A stretch of DNA of 41,225 bases from a virus. Lineage: Duplodnaviria; Heunggongvirae; Uroviricota; Caudoviricetes. The stretch covers positions 1 through 41,225 of IMG/VR virus record IMGVR_UViG_2734482782_000005; one strand, given 5' to 3'. Of this stretch, positions 22,501 through 31,078 are shown one piece after another. The translations under genes and the position numbers were made by a program. Within the stretch, counting starts at the first letter, position 1, and each line of letters opens with the position of its first letter. A model generated the notes under the pieces. It worked only from the letters and a program-made list of their open reading frames with translations. It did no database searches and had not been told where the DNA came from.

Positions 22501-22807
22501 CTTCTACTCCGGCTTTTTTAGCAGCGAAGCGTTTGATAAGCGAACCAATCGAGTCAGTACCGATGTAGCCGATGAACACGCTCGTTATATAAGCGAGGTT
22601 GCTACTTAGTCCGGCGAAGTCGAGAAGGTCACGAATGAACCAGGCGATAATGGCGCACATCGTTGCGTCGATTACTGTTTTTGTAAACGCACCGCCATTG
22701 TATCTGCCGCGAAGGTACGCCATTGCAAACGCAAGGATTGCCCCGATGCCTTGTTCCTTTGCCGCGAGAATGGCGGCTAACAGGTCATGTTTTTCTGGCA
22801 TCTTCAT
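22484..22807 (-). CDS. S: Holin S (lambda S107/S105 dual-start MKM)
   Basis: 107 aa, [41 protein letters not shown]... matches recalled lambda S. Confidence 0.9.
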
Positions 22808-23098
22808 GTCTTACCCCCAATAAGGGGATTTGCTCTATTTAATTAGGAATAAGGTCGATTACTGATAGAACAAATCCAGGCTACTGTGTTTAGTAATCAG
22901 ATTTGTTCGTGACCGATATGCACGGGCAAAACGGCATGAGGTTGTTAGCGCAACCTCCCGCCACCCGCTTTCACGAAGCCAGCCATTGAGCTGGTTTTCT
23001 TTTATGCAAAGCACACCGCACCGTAGCCACAGCGGATAAGGTGATTATTTTTGTCTGTCTGGTATTTGGTTTGATGTGCTTTCAGAAAGGCCGTGCTT

Positions 23099-23136
23099 AA
23101 AACGCAAAAAGCCCCGAGCTATTAACTCAGGGCTTT
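23099..23136 (-). terminator. tR'-like intrinsic terminator downstream of PR'
   Basis: Minus-strand GCCCUGAG-uuaauag-CUCGGGGC hairpin (one G.U) followed by UUUUUGCGUUUU. Confidence 0.6.
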
Positions 23137-23162
23137 ATTTAACGAGTGCATTTATCCATCGT

Positions 23163-23198
23163 TGGGTCAAATTTACCCAACTTTATTCAAAAAGTCAA
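23163..23198 (-). promoter_or_regulatory. Late promoter PR' with qut region (Q-dependent antitermination)
   Basis: Minus-strand TTGACT (plus 23193-23198), 17-bp spacer, TAAATT (plus 23170-23175), immediately downstream of Q; resembles lambda PR'. Confidence 0.6.
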
Positions 23199-23240
23199 TA
23201 TCATGCCGTTAATATGTTGCTATCCGTGGCAATCATGCTG

Positions 23241-23864
23241 CTAACGTGTGACCGCATTCAAAATGTTGTCTGCGATTGACTCTTCTTTGTGGCATTGCAC
23301 CACCAGAGCGTCATACAGCGGCTTAACAGTGCGTGACCAGGTGGGTTGAGTAAGGTTTGGGATTAGCATCGTTACAGCGCGATATGCGGCGCTTGCTGGC
23401 ATTCTTGAATAGCCGACACCTTTGCATCTTCCGCACTCTTTCTCAACAACTCTCCCCCACTGCTCTGTTTTGGCTATATCAACCGCACGGCCTGTACCGT
23501 GGCAATCTCTGCATCTTGCGCCCGGCGTCGCGGCACTACGGCAATAATCCGCATAAGCGAATGTTGCGAGCACTTGCAGTACCTTTGCCTTAGTATTTCC
23601 TTCAAGCTTTGCCACGCCACGGTATTTCCCCGATACCTTGTGTGCAAATTGCATCAGATAGTTGATAGCCTTTTGTTTGTCGTTCTGGCTGAGTTCATGC
23701 TTACCGCAGAATGCAGCCATTCCGAATCCGGCTTGTGATTGCGCCATCCCCATAGCAGCCATCACATCAGTACCGGAAAGAGAGTCAGAAGCCGTAGCCC
23801 GTGGTGAGTCGCTCATCATCGGGCTTTTTGGCGAATGAAATTTAGCTACGCTTTCGAGTCTCAT
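23241..23864 (-). CDS. Q: Late antiterminator Q (lambda-type)
   Basis: 207 aa, [42 protein letters not shown]... matches recalled lambda Q. Confidence 0.9.
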   Translation of the reverse strand: MRLESVAKFHSPKSPMMSDSPRATASDSLSGTDVMAAMGMAQSQAGFGMAAFCGKHELSQNDKQKAINYLMQFAHKVSGKYRGVAKLEGNTKAKVLQVLATFAYADYCRSAATPGARCRDCHGTGRAVDIAKTEQWGRVVEKECGRCKGVGYSRMPASAAYRAVTMLIPNLTQPTWSRTVKPLYDALVVQCHKEESIADNILNAVTR

Positions 23865-24526
23865 GCGCCTTCTCCCTGTACCTGAATCAATGTGAGATTT
23901 CCGCAGAACACTGCGCCGGTATCGATATACATCTGGTTGGCAAACTTGAGTGGTTTCACTGCTGGCGTATGACCAAAGATGAACGTGTCCGCGCCTTTGA
24001 TTTCTTTCACGATCCCGTCTTGTGAGTTGCTGATTCGTTCGCGGTTCCAGATTACCTGCTGATGATCAACTGGCTTTCCAAACTCGTATTTATCACAAGG
24101 ATAATCGGCGTGGCAGATGACATATTTTTTCCCTTTACTCACCAGTTCGATGATTAACGGAAGTTCATCTGCTTTATGGGCAAGAGCTTTAGCCAGAATT
24201 TCTTTGTCGTAATCGAGATTAAAGAACCAGCCACCGCCATTAAGCAGCCAGTGATTAACGTTTCCACGCTCTGATAAGCCATCAATCATCATTTGCTCAT
24301 GGTTTCCACGTACAGCTCGGAACCAGGTGAATGTGATTAATTCCAGACATTCGACGTTCTCTGTACCGCGATCGACCAAATCGCCAACCGAGATAAGCAG
24401 GTCTTTTTTGGTGTCGAATTCAATCGTATCCAGTTTGTTCATCAGGTTCGTGTAGCATCCGTGCAGATCGCCAACTACCCAAATATTTCGGTATTTGCTG
24501 CCATCAATTTTTTCGTAATAGCGCAT
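23861..24526 (-). CDS. ninI: NinI Ser/Thr protein phosphatase (lambda PPase)
   Basis: ATG 24526 gives [25 protein letters not shown]...GNHE metallophosphatase motifs. Confidence 0.85.
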   Translation of the reverse strand: MRYYEKIDGSKYRNIWVVGDLHGCYTNLMNKLDTIEFDTKKDLLISVGDLVDRGTENVECLELITFTWFRAVRGNHEQMMIDGLSERGNVNHWLLNGGGWFFNLDYDKEILAKALAHKADELPLIIELVSKGKKYVICHADYPCDKYEFGKPVDHQQVIWNRERISNSQDGIVKEIKGADTFIFGHTPAVKPLKFANQMYIDTGAVFCGNLTLIQVQGEGA

Positions 24527-24710
24527 CTCTTTCACTCCATCCGCGATGAACCATGAGAACGTCGTTGACGATGGCGTGCATTTTCCCGTCTTTATCATCA
24601 ACGTATTTTCTGACCGTACCGCGACTACATTTCAGTCTGCGTGCTACTTCTGTCTGGTTTCCGTATGCTTCAACAAGCATGTCTGGAATGGTTTTTACTG
24701 AGAACGTCAT
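24504..24710 (-). CDS. ninH: NinH
   Basis: 68 aa [37 protein letters not shown]... matches recalled lambda NinH. Confidence 0.85.
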   Translation of the reverse strand: MTFSVKTIPDMLVEAYGNQTEVARRLKCSRGTVRKYVDDKDGKMHAIVNDVLMVHRGWSERDALLRKN

Positions 24711-25318
24711 GCGGCCTCACTTCTGCTATTTCGCAGGTCTTTGAGTTTCTGCTGATATTCCGCCTTGATGGACCTGCACTCTTCGACAGTCCAGCGATGG
24801 CGGCTATGGTTTGATTCGATTTCGTCTACTGCTTCCTGCCCGATGCGGCTAATCAGTTCGACGCGATACGGAACGAGATTTCCGCTTTTGTGCTGGTTAC
24901 ACACCACGCATTGCTTGTGAATATTGCGTTCATCAAATCGGAGTTGAGGTGCCGCAGCAGTTGTCCGGTAATGTCCGGCATCCCACTGAGCAGACGTGAG
25001 CGTTCCGCACGAGATACATGGTAAGTCGCGGTCTCTTTCTCTGATGAAGGCGTTTACGGCTTGTTGGGCTTGTTTAATCCAGTAACTGCGGGGCTTTAAG
25101 GCGAGTTTTCGAATCTTAAGTTTATCTTTCTGTTTCTGCTCCTCTCGTCGTCGTTTCTTCTCTGCTGCTTTTTCCGCTTTTTTGCGTTCTTTACTTCGTC
25201 GTTCGAGTGCTATCTTGGTTCCACACTCTGGAGAGCACCACCACTGATTAGCGAATGCAGGGTGAAACCATTCCCGACATTCATCGTTTTTACATCGTCT
25301 TCGCGCTGGTTTAGCCAT
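24707..25318 (-). CDS. ninG: NinG (Rap) recombination-associated endonuclease
   Basis: 203 aa [37 protein letters not shown]... matches recalled lambda NinG. Confidence 0.9.
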   Translation of the reverse strand: MAKPARRRCKNDECREWFHPAFANQWWCSPECGTKIALERRSKERKKAEKAAEKKRRREEQKQKDKLKIRKLALKPRSYWIKQAQQAVNAFIRERDRDLPCISCGTLTSAQWDAGHYRTTAAAPQLRFDERNIHKQCVVCNQHKSGNLVPYRVELISRIGQEAVDEIESNHSRHRWTVEECRSIKAEYQQKLKDLRNSRSEAA

Positions 25319-25481
25319 CGTCTTCTTCCTCGTACATTGAGCTATTCGGATCGCTCATCAGTTCTGCGCAGCAGTGCTCACACACGTGAACTTCCAGCAC
25401 ATGCAGCTTCTGACCGCAGTTAGCGCACGTTAAAGCCCGCTCGACGCTTTCTTGTTCGTAACTTCGATTTGGGTCAATCAC
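25311..25481 (-). CDS. ninF: NinF
   Basis: Manually translated sub-60-aa ORF ([56 protein letters not shown]); apparent GTG start; overlaps NinE stop and NinG start. Confidence 0.55.
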   Translation of the reverse strand: MIDPNRSYEQESVERALTCANCGQKLHVLEVHVCEHCCAELMSDPNSSMYEEEDDG

Positions 25482-25660
25482 CTTGTTTTCCTCGCACGTT
25501 CTCTAAGCCACCGGATATCCCACAGGTGAGCCGTGTAGTTGAAGGTTTTTACGTCAGATTCTTTTGGGATTGGCTTGCGTTTATTTCTGGAGCGTTTCGT
25601 TGGAAGGTATTTGCAGTTTTCGCAGATGATGTCGGTGAAACTTCGTCGCTGTCGCCTCAT
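25478..25660 (-). CDS. ninE: NinE
   Basis: ATG 25660 gives 60 aa [52 protein letters not shown]... Confidence 0.7.
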   Translation of the reverse strand: MRRQRRSFTDIICENCKYLPTKRSRNKRKPIPKESDVKTFNYTAHLWDIRWLRERARKTR

Positions 25661-26184
25661 GCCGCCCTCCTGACGCCCTGCCCGATCGCCATCAATGCCG
25701 ATTTGGATACGGTAGTAAACATCCGTCGAGGACTGATGAACGGTCGCCAAATCAGCAGCATGGAGCCTTTGCTGTTTCCCTTCTTCTCCAGCCCTGTCGA
25801 TGGTTCGATAAAATTAATCCGTCCATCAGTGATGATGCGAACTTCGTCGACACTCTCCAGAGCCTTGCTGAACCATCCGACTGACATATCCTCTGGCACA
25901 AGCATAACTACCGTCTGTCGCTGTTGTATGCACTGCTCAGCGGCTTTTTCCACCCACGGCCTGATATTGCTGTACGGTGGGTTATTCCAGATTGCACCGT
26001 GGCTTATCCACTCAGAATTGAGTGCGTCGTCGGCCTCAGTTAGCCAGTGAGCGCACAGAGCATTTTTGTCGCTCGCTGCCGAATCCAGCCAGAATCCAAA
26101 CTCAATATCCAGTGCATCAAAAAGCCAAAGCGGCGTTTGCCAGCAGTCCTTGTCGTGTGCTGCCGTATTTGATTTGATAGTCAT
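25657..26184 (-). CDS. Phage N6-adenine DNA methyltransferase (Dam-like), occupying the ninC/ninD position
   Basis: ATG 26184 ([26 protein letters not shown]...NPPYS...) with NPPY motif; ATGA overlap with ninB stop. Confidence 0.8.
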   Translation of the reverse strand: MTIKSNTAAHDKDCWQTPLWLFDALDIEFGFWLDSAASDKNALCAHWLTEADDALNSEWISHGAIWNNPPYSNIRPWVEKAAEQCIQQRQTVVMLVPEDMSVGWFSKALESVDEVRIITDGRINFIEPSTGLEKKGNSKGSMLLIWRPFISPRRMFTTVSKSALMAIGQGVRRAA

Positions 26185-26609
26185 GCAGCCCGATCTCCCC
26201 ATCGCGCTTTCCACTCCAGAGCCAGTCGCGCTTCGTCTGACCACTTAACGCCACGCTCTGTACCGAATGCCTGTATAAGCTCTAATAGCTCCGCAAATTC
26301 GCTTACACGCATCCTGCTGGTTGACTGGCCTATTACCACAAAGCCATTCCCGGCAAGGTTAGGAACAACGTCCTGCTGCTTTAATGCTGCGGTAAACACA
26401 CACTTCCAGCTTTCTGCATCCAGCCAGCGACCATGCCATTCAACCTGACGAGAGACGTCACCAAGGCAAGCCCAAAGCTTTCGATTCTGGTCTAAGCTGC
26501 GGTTGCGCTGCTTAAACTCGACAATGATGTCTAAATCGCATGTCCTAAGATACTGAATGGCGTTATATCTTATAGATTCATTAGTAAGGTGATATTTGAC
26601 ACATTTCAT
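26181..26609 (-). CDS. ninB: NinB (Orf-family recombination protein) with divergent, AT-rich recoded N-terminus
   Basis: ATG 26609, 1 nt after the HNH stop, GAGG RBS; from about residue 27 (IIVEFKQRNRSLDQNRKLWACLGDVSRQVEWHGRW...) matches recalled lambda NinB. Confidence 0.8.
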   Translation of the reverse strand: MKCVKYHLTNESIRYNAIQYLRTCDLDIIVEFKQRNRSLDQNRKLWACLGDVSRQVEWHGRWLDAESWKCVFTAALKQQDVVPNLAGNGFVVIGQSTSRMRVSEFAELLELIQAFGTERGVKWSDEARLALEWKARWGDRAA

Positions 26610-26610
26610 T

Positions 26611-27198
26611 TTAATACCTCGCAAATTCGCCGAAACATTCATCCGCTTTATTTGCATATACTTTATGAGCTTCCTTTGGGTCATCGTAAAACCCAAGATT
26701 AACTTTCCTCTTGTTGATTACGATTTGCGCCCTCCATTTTCTTGATTTCTTATCCCATGAAACGCCTTTATATCCTGATTTGTTATTTGCCTTTTTGTTT
26801 ACGTTTTGGATGTTTTGAGATCGAGTTGCCAATCTAAGATTTGCTATACGATTGTCATCCCTAACGAGATTTATGTGGTCGATATCACTTTTTGGTAGAC
26901 TGCCATTCATATAGAGCCACGCCAGCCTGTGTGCCTTATAAAGTTTTCCATCGACTTTTATTACCCAGTAGCCTTCGCTACTCTTATGCCCTGCGATATC
27001 CCCAGCATTCATTCTCTGGCATTTCTTTACTTTCCATGTGAATTTCCCTGTTAACTCATCGTAGAGAAGGACTTCTTTAAGTCTCTGCTGAGTTATTTGA
27101 TTGATTGGTTTGGTTGGGTCTGGAAGAATTTGCTGTACCGCGTGAATAGCGTTTTGCTGATGTGCCGGAGATCGAATTTCAAAGGTTAGTTTTTTCAT
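26611..27198 (-). CDS. HNH homing-type endonuclease with AP2-like domain, fused in frame to the first ~32 codons of a lambda-type ninB
   Basis: ATG 27198 with strong RBS (GGGGAGAGGGAAG); N-terminal MKKLTFEIRSPAHQQNAIHAVQQILPDPTKPI = lambda NinB N-terminus, then HNH motifs (DHINLVRDDNRIANLR...SQN) and AP2-like GYKGVSWDKKSRKWRAQI; AT-rich. Confidence 0.8.
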   Translation of the reverse strand: MKKLTFEIRSPAHQQNAIHAVQQILPDPTKPINQITQQRLKEVLLYDELTGKFTWKVKKCQRMNAGDIAGHKSSEGYWVIKVDGKLYKAHRLAWLYMNGSLPKSDIDHINLVRDDNRIANLRLATRSQNIQNVNKKANNKSGYKGVSWDKKSRKWRAQIVINKRKVNLGFYDDPKEAHKVYANKADECFGEFARY

Positions 27199-27213
27199 GA
27201 CTTCCCTCTCCCC

Positions 27214-27245
27214 CAAATAAAAAGGCCTGCGATTACCAGCAGGCC
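27214..27245 (-). terminator. tR2-like intrinsic terminator between ren and the nin region
   Basis: Minus-strand GGCCUGC-UGGUAAUC-GCAGGCC hairpin followed by UUUUUAUUUG. Confidence 0.55.
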
Positions 27246-27271
27246 TGTTATTAGCTCAGTGATGTAGATGG

Positions 27272-27562
27272 TCATTGCCTTACCTCCATAAGCGCCCTAT
27301 TAATAAACGCCGTCATTGGATTTGCACATCCCCACCCCGTACCATCTGGATTTCTTTTAATTGGCTCCTTCTTCACTTTGCGTTTTGCATAAATAACCGT
27401 CTTCCACTTACGCTCAACAACACTCAAATGCCCTTGTTTCACCATATGCCTTGCTGCTTGAGCGATTCTGTTATTTGGTATTCCGGTGATCAGTGCTAAT
27501 TCATGTGGGGAGAATTGTTCATGAGTTTTCAGATATTCCAGGATGATTTCTTTTCCAGTCAC
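27272..27562 (-). CDS. ren: Ren (Rex-exclusion relief protein)
   Basis: 96 aa, MTGKEIILEYLKTH... resembles recalled lambda Ren (96 aa, MTGKEAIIHYLGTH...); apparent GTG start overlapping upstream stop. Confidence 0.65.
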   Translation of the reverse strand: MTGKEIILEYLKTHEQFSPHELALITGIPNNRIAQAARHMVKQGHLSVVERKWKTVIYAKRKVKKEPIKRNPDGTGWGCANPMTAFINRALMEVRQ

Positions 27563-28452
27563 GATCTGCTCCTGTAACTATCCCATGTAAACGCAAGGGT
27601 GCATCCGCCGCCATCATTCATCCTGTCAATAACACGCTCACCAATGAATGCAGACAGTTCATCTTTACTCTGGTTGCTAATCAGGATTGTTGGCTTCATG
27701 TATTCATATCTGGTGTTGATAATTTCGAACATGATTAGCTTTTCAGCATCACTGCCGAACTGCACGCCAACCTCATCGATTATTAACAAGTCAGGATGCG
27801 TAAATTGCCTAATGACTTCTTCTTCAGTTCTGGTTGCGGCCTTAGACCATGTTGATTTGTACTCTCTGGCAATTTTCAACGCAGTGGTAAATATCACAGA
27901 GCTTTGATGCTCGATAATGGCGTGCCTAGCGATAGCCAGTGCAAGGTGGTTCTTTCCAGTTCCAGGCTTACCACACATGACCAGTCCGCCACCTTTTTGA
28001 AGGCGTTCAGGCCACTTACTGGCATATGCCTGGCATACCTTAAGAACTCGCTTTGCATCATCGTTAACAGGCTCATAATTCTGAAGAGTGCAATTTTTGA
28101 ACCTCTCTGGAATATTGAGAGAATTCAACAAATATTCAATTTTTGATTGTCTTGCTCTTTGTTCTGCCTGTTCACGTTCAATCTCTTTCTTACGAATTTT
28201 CTCCTCAAGGCACTGTGGGCACTCAGATTTACTTGAAGTAATTCTTTTTCCTGAGATGGTCAGATATTTCTCATAGGAAGTATATTTACCGTGTTTCTCG
28301 CACTCTTCCACTGTGCTGGTAACTGACATTCCATCTGATGCTGATCCAATTTTGCTAAACTCAAGTTTCTGTTTCAGATCAGAAATGTCATTGATTTTTG
28401 AGTCTACAAGTTGCCTTTGCAGTGCCAGATTGTAACCATTTGTCGTATTCAT
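27559..28452 (-). CDS. Replication protein, DnaC-type helicase loader (AAA+ ATPase) in the P position
   Basis: ATG 28452 (MNTTNGYN...); Walker A GKPGTGKNHLA and Walker B LLIIDEVG; follows O. Confidence 0.8.
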   Translation of the reverse strand: MNTTNGYNLALQRQLVDSKINDISDLKQKLEFSKIGSASDGMSVTSTVEECEKHGKYTSYEKYLTISGKRITSSKSECPQCLEEKIRKKEIEREQAEQRARQSKIEYLLNSLNIPERFKNCTLQNYEPVNDDAKRVLKVCQAYASKWPERLQKGGGLVMCGKPGTGKNHLALAIARHAIIEHQSSVIFTTALKIAREYKSTWSKAATRTEEEVIRQFTHPDLLIIDEVGVQFGSDAEKLIMFEIINTRYEYMKPTILISNQSKDELSAFIGERVIDRMNDGGGCTLAFTWDSYRSRS

Positions 28453-28454
28453 AT

Positions 28455-29300
28455 TCACTCCTGCGCCCATGAAGGCATTTCAGTTTTCCCGTAATCTTTG
28501 GCGGCAAAGTTTTCCTGCATAGCTCGATGCTGCGGCCTCGGTTGAGATTTCCCCTTTGGAGTCTTGGGCTCAAAAATCCCCTGCCAACCACTGGCGATGC
28601 TCTGGTTTATAATTTCTTCAGGTGTATATCCCTTCTCCAGACTTCTGCTTAGAACGTTGATAGCCTGAGTGACGCTTTGCTTAGACTTGATCGACTTACC
28701 TATCTCCTTGCGATAAGTAACCCACGACAACCATGTTTCTGCTGATAACCAATCAGGCAACTCTGTTTCTAGCGGGTCGAACTTCTGAGAAACTTTTTTG
28801 GGGGATATAGGGGGTTTATTAATATTTTCTTTTGTCTTTAAAGAATGTCTTTTGTGTGTCTCTAACTTCGAGACATTGAGTGTCTCTAATTTGGAGACAT
28901 TTTTTGTCTCTAACTTCGAGACAAAGTTGCTAACTTGGAGACACTTGCTGAATTGCCACGCAGATACATCCATGTTTACACCGATTTGATTTCCATCCAT
29001 AAACAGGCAATTCATTGAAATCAGTTCTTTTTTAGCCTTGTTAACATTCTGCCTTGACAGTCCTGTTAACTGAGCAATTTGCTCATCGGCTATTCGATCT
29101 GTTTTCTTATTGAATCCAGATGTTTTCCGGACGTAGGCCAGCATAACTTTCAACTGGCGAGCAGTTAAATCGGCACTTGCGATAGCTTCCAGCAGATCGT
29201 TAGCGAATCTGGTGTAACCATCATCGATGTCAGCCACTCTTCGCTCCTGTTCGGCAAAGTTACCTCTGCCGAAGTTGAGTATTTTTGCTGTATTTGTCAT
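28455..29300 (-). CDS. O: Replication initiator O (lambda-type) containing the origin iterons
   Basis: 281 aa; N-terminus MTNTAKILNFGRGNFAEQERRVADIDDGY... matches recalled lambda O; internal VSKLET repeats encoded by iterons. Confidence 0.9.
   Translation of the reverse strand: MTNTAKILNFGRGNFAEQERRVADIDDGYTRFANDLLEAIASADLTARQLKVMLAYVRKTSGFNKKTDRIADEQIAQLTGLSRQNVNKAKKELISMNCLFMDGNQIGVNMDVSAWQFSKCLQVSNFVSKLETKNVSKLETLNVSKLETHKRHSLKTKENINKPPISPKKVSQKFDPLETELPDWLSAETWLSWVTYRKEIGKSIKSKQSVTQAINVLSRSLEKGYTPEEIINQSIASGWQGIFEPKTPKGKSQPRPQHRAMQENFAAKDYGKTEMPSWAQE
28800..28945. repeat. Lambda-type replication origin: four iterons with 24-bp periodicity plus adjacent AT-rich segment
   Basis: GTCTCTAA(C/T)TT(C/G)GAGACA copies starting 28858, 28882, 28906 and degenerate ~28929; AT-rich tract 28800-28855. 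Confidence 0.7.
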
Positions 29301-29309
29301 AATGACTCC

Positions 29310-29392
29310 TGTTGATAGATCCAGTAATGACCTCAGAACTCCATCTGGATTTGTTCAGAACGCTCGGTTGCCGCCGGGCGTTTTTTATTGGT
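29310..29392 (+). ncRNA. oop: OOP-like antisense RNA overlapping the 3' end of cII
   Basis: Plus-strand promoter TTGAGT (29275-29280), 17 bp, CATAAT (29298-29303); terminator CGCUCGG-UUGC-CGCCGGGCG + UUUUUUAUU at 29363-29392, as recalled for lambda to. Confidence 0.55.
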
Positions 29393-29629
29393 GAGTCCAT
29401 CAAGCGCATACTTAAAAGCCCTGCTAATCGGACTGATATCTGATGCCATTCCGAAAGCACACAAGACCGAGGCAATAAATCTCCAGTCCGTTCTGCTTAT
29501 CTTCGATTCATGACAGCCAATCATCTTTGCCAGACTGCGCTGGGTAAGTGTTGACAGGTTGATGAGTAAATCGGTTTCTGCGCGATCAACATCGCGCTGT
29601 GATAGTTTGCTGTAACTTGTTTGTTCCAT
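29333..29629 (-). CDS. cII: Transcriptional activator CII
   Basis: 98 aa; C-terminal ...LTNKKRPAATERSEQIQMEF matches recalled lambda CII. Confidence 0.9.
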   Translation of the reverse strand: MEQTSYSKLSQRDVDRAETDLLINLSTLTQRSLAKMIGCHESKISRTDWRFIASVLCAFGMASDISPISRAFKYALDGLTNKKRPAATERSEQIQMEF

Positions 29630-29693
29630 TTCTTACTATTTCCATAGGTAAATAATCACCAATACTCATCTTTCGATGAGCGATTAATTAGTT

Positions 29694-29728
29694 ACCGCGT
29701 TGTCGGCGGTGCAGATTGATAAAGAGCG
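29694..29728 (-). promoter_or_regulatory. nutR (boxA + boxB) between cro and cII
   Basis: Minus-strand CGCTCTTTATC (boxA-like) then hairpin ACCGC-CGACAAC-GCGGU (boxB, P22-type as recalled). Confidence 0.5.
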
Positions 29729-29738
29729 GATCCGCTTA

Positions 29739-29954
29739 TTAAGCGGCTTTGTGTTCCGGCGGGAACACGTCATCAAGACTGACTTTTGCGCCTAACTTGT
29801 TTAGGCACGCAACAAGAGCACGGCATGTTTTAAGGTCTGGGAAGCGACGACCAGATTCCCAATGTCCGATAGCTCCCTGTGTGCATCCAACCGCCTTAGC
29901 AAGTGTTGTTTGAGAGATATTCAGTGACTCTCTATATTTTCGTAGGTTGCTCAT
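29739..29954 (-). CDS. cro: Cro repressor (HTH)
   Basis: Internal ATG 29954 with GGAGGG RBS gives 71 aa MSNLRKYRESLNISQTTLAKAVGCTQGAIGHWESGRR...; divergent from cI. Confidence 0.85.
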   Translation of the reverse strand: MSNLRKYRESLNISQTTLAKAVGCTQGAIGHWESGRRFPDLKTCRALVACLNKLGAKVSLDDVFPPEHKAA

Positions 29955-30065
29955 ATGCCCTCCATAGTAACCATGAAACAATAATACGATATGTACTTTT
30001 GGAATGCAAACAAAAAATACATCTTGTGCATGGATGGTTTTAGTACATAGCGTAATAATAAGGAT
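29955..30065. promoter_or_regulatory. OR region: PR (minus) with overlapping operators, and PRM region
   Basis: Minus-strand PR: TTGCAT (plus 30004-30009), 17 bp, TATTAT (plus 29981-29986); operators 29983-29997 and 30042-56; weaker third at 30016-30030. Confidence 0.6.
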
Positions 30066-30725
30066 ATGAAAATGAAATGGTATGAACTGGCTAGATCCAG
30101 AATGAAAGAGCTCGGCATAACTCAAGAGAAGTTAGCTGAAGAGCTTGGTATGACGCAGGGTGGAATTGGTCACTGGTTGCGCGGATCTCGTCATCCATCT
30201 CTTGACGAGATTGGTGTGGTGTTTAAATACCTTGGTATTGATAACGTCTCATTCAACCACGACGGTACATTTTCACCTGCTGGCGAATACTCATCTGCCC
30301 CCGTTAAAAAACAATATGAGTACCCTGTTTTTTCTCATGTTCAGGCCGGGATGTTCTCGCCTGAGCTTAGAACCTTTACCAAAGGTGATGCGGAGAGATG
30401 GGTCAGCACAACCAAAAAAGCCAGTGATTGTGCGTTTTGGCTTGAAGTTGAAGGTAATTCCATGACCGCACCAACAGGATCCAAGCCAAGCTTTCCTGAC
30501 GGAATGTTAATTCTCGTTGACCCTGAGCAGGCTGTTGAGCCAGGAGATTTCTGCATAGCCAGACTTGGCGGTGACGAGTTTACCTTCAAGAAACTGATCA
30601 GGGATAGCGGTCAGGTGTTCCTACAACCACTAAACCCGCAATATCCAATGATCCCATGCAATGATAGCTGTTCCGTAGTAGGGAAAGTTATCGCCAGCCA
30701 GTGGCCTGAAGAGACATTTAGTTAA
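30066..30725 (+). CDS. cI: CI-type repressor with C-terminal S24 (LexA-like) autopeptidase domain
   Basis: 219 aa; N-terminal HTH; C-terminal ...GNSMTAPTG...FKKL...[12 protein letters not shown] resembles P22 C2. Confidence 0.9.
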   Translation: MKMKWYELARSRMKELGITQEKLAEELGMTQGGIGHWLRGSRHPSLDEIGVVFKYLGIDNVSFNHDGTFSPAGEYSSAPVKKQYEYPVFSHVQAGMFSPELRTFTKGDAERWVSTTKKASDCAFWLEVEGNSMTAPTGSKPSFPDGMLILVDPEQAVEPGDFCIARLGGDEFTFKKLIRDSGQVFLQPLNPQYPMIPCNDSCSVVGKVIASQWPEETFS

Positions 30726-30757
30726 CAGCCTCACCACTCTAAAACACACAACAATAA

Positions 30758-30786
30758 CCCGACCTTAGCGTCGGGTTTTCTTTTTC
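30758..30786 (+). terminator. Intrinsic terminator after cI
   Basis: CCCGAC-cuuagc-GUCGGG hairpin followed by UUUUCUUUUUC. Confidence 0.65.
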
Positions 30787-30850
30787 CAAAATATAAATCA
30801 ATAAAATACAAAGTGTTATAAAAAACCAACCACATTTAGAACATTTTGTA

Positions 30851-30879
30851 TTGACTCAATAAAGTACACATCGTACTAT
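30851..30879 (+). promoter_or_regulatory. PL promoter with overlapping operator
   Basis: TTGACT (30851-30856), 17-bp spacer, TACTAT (30874-30879); perfect palindrome AGTACacatcGTACT at 30863-30877. Confidence 0.6.
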
Positions 30880-30924
30880 TTAGCCATCAGCAGGAAGCTG
30901 GAAGCCAAACGGAACAGATTGGCA

Positions 30925-30959
30925 GGCTCTTTAACTTCGATGGGGCGCTGACAAAGCGC
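30925..30959 (+). promoter_or_regulatory. nutL (boxA + boxB)
   Basis: GGCTCTTTAAC boxA-like then GCGCUGACAAAGCGC hairpin identical to recalled P22 nutL boxB. Confidence 0.6.
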
Positions 30960-31078
30960 AAACAGATACCAAACGAGATGGGTTTGGCGGTGATGTGAAT
31001 TGCAGCTGCAACGACAGCAACCAGAAGATCAGCACCTGGCGCATCACCACCAAAGCCATTTCACATGAGGAAAATATC

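Noticed and set aside
25469-26050. 193-aa plus-strand ORF antisense to ninE and the methyltransferase
   Set aside because: Lies entirely opposite well-supported, translationally coupled genes; no homology recognised; treated as a shadow ORF.
28840-28960. Regularly spaced direct repeats considered as a possible CRISPR array
   Set aside because: Only four ~18-bp repeats with 6-bp spacers, inside the O coding sequence and next to an AT-rich tract; this is the origin iteron architecture. No cas genes are present.
29700-29740. Hairpin CCGCUU-aau-AAGCGG just downstream of cro as an intrinsic tR1
   Set aside because: No U-tract follows on the minus strand; lambda tR1 is rho-dependent as I recall, so I report only nutR here.
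30995-31078. N-terminal extension of the N ORF (non-ATG start at 30995)
   Set aside because: The extension overlaps the nutL boxA/boxB RNA elements and has no RBS; ATG 31079 with GAGG RBS matches the P22 gp24 N-terminus.
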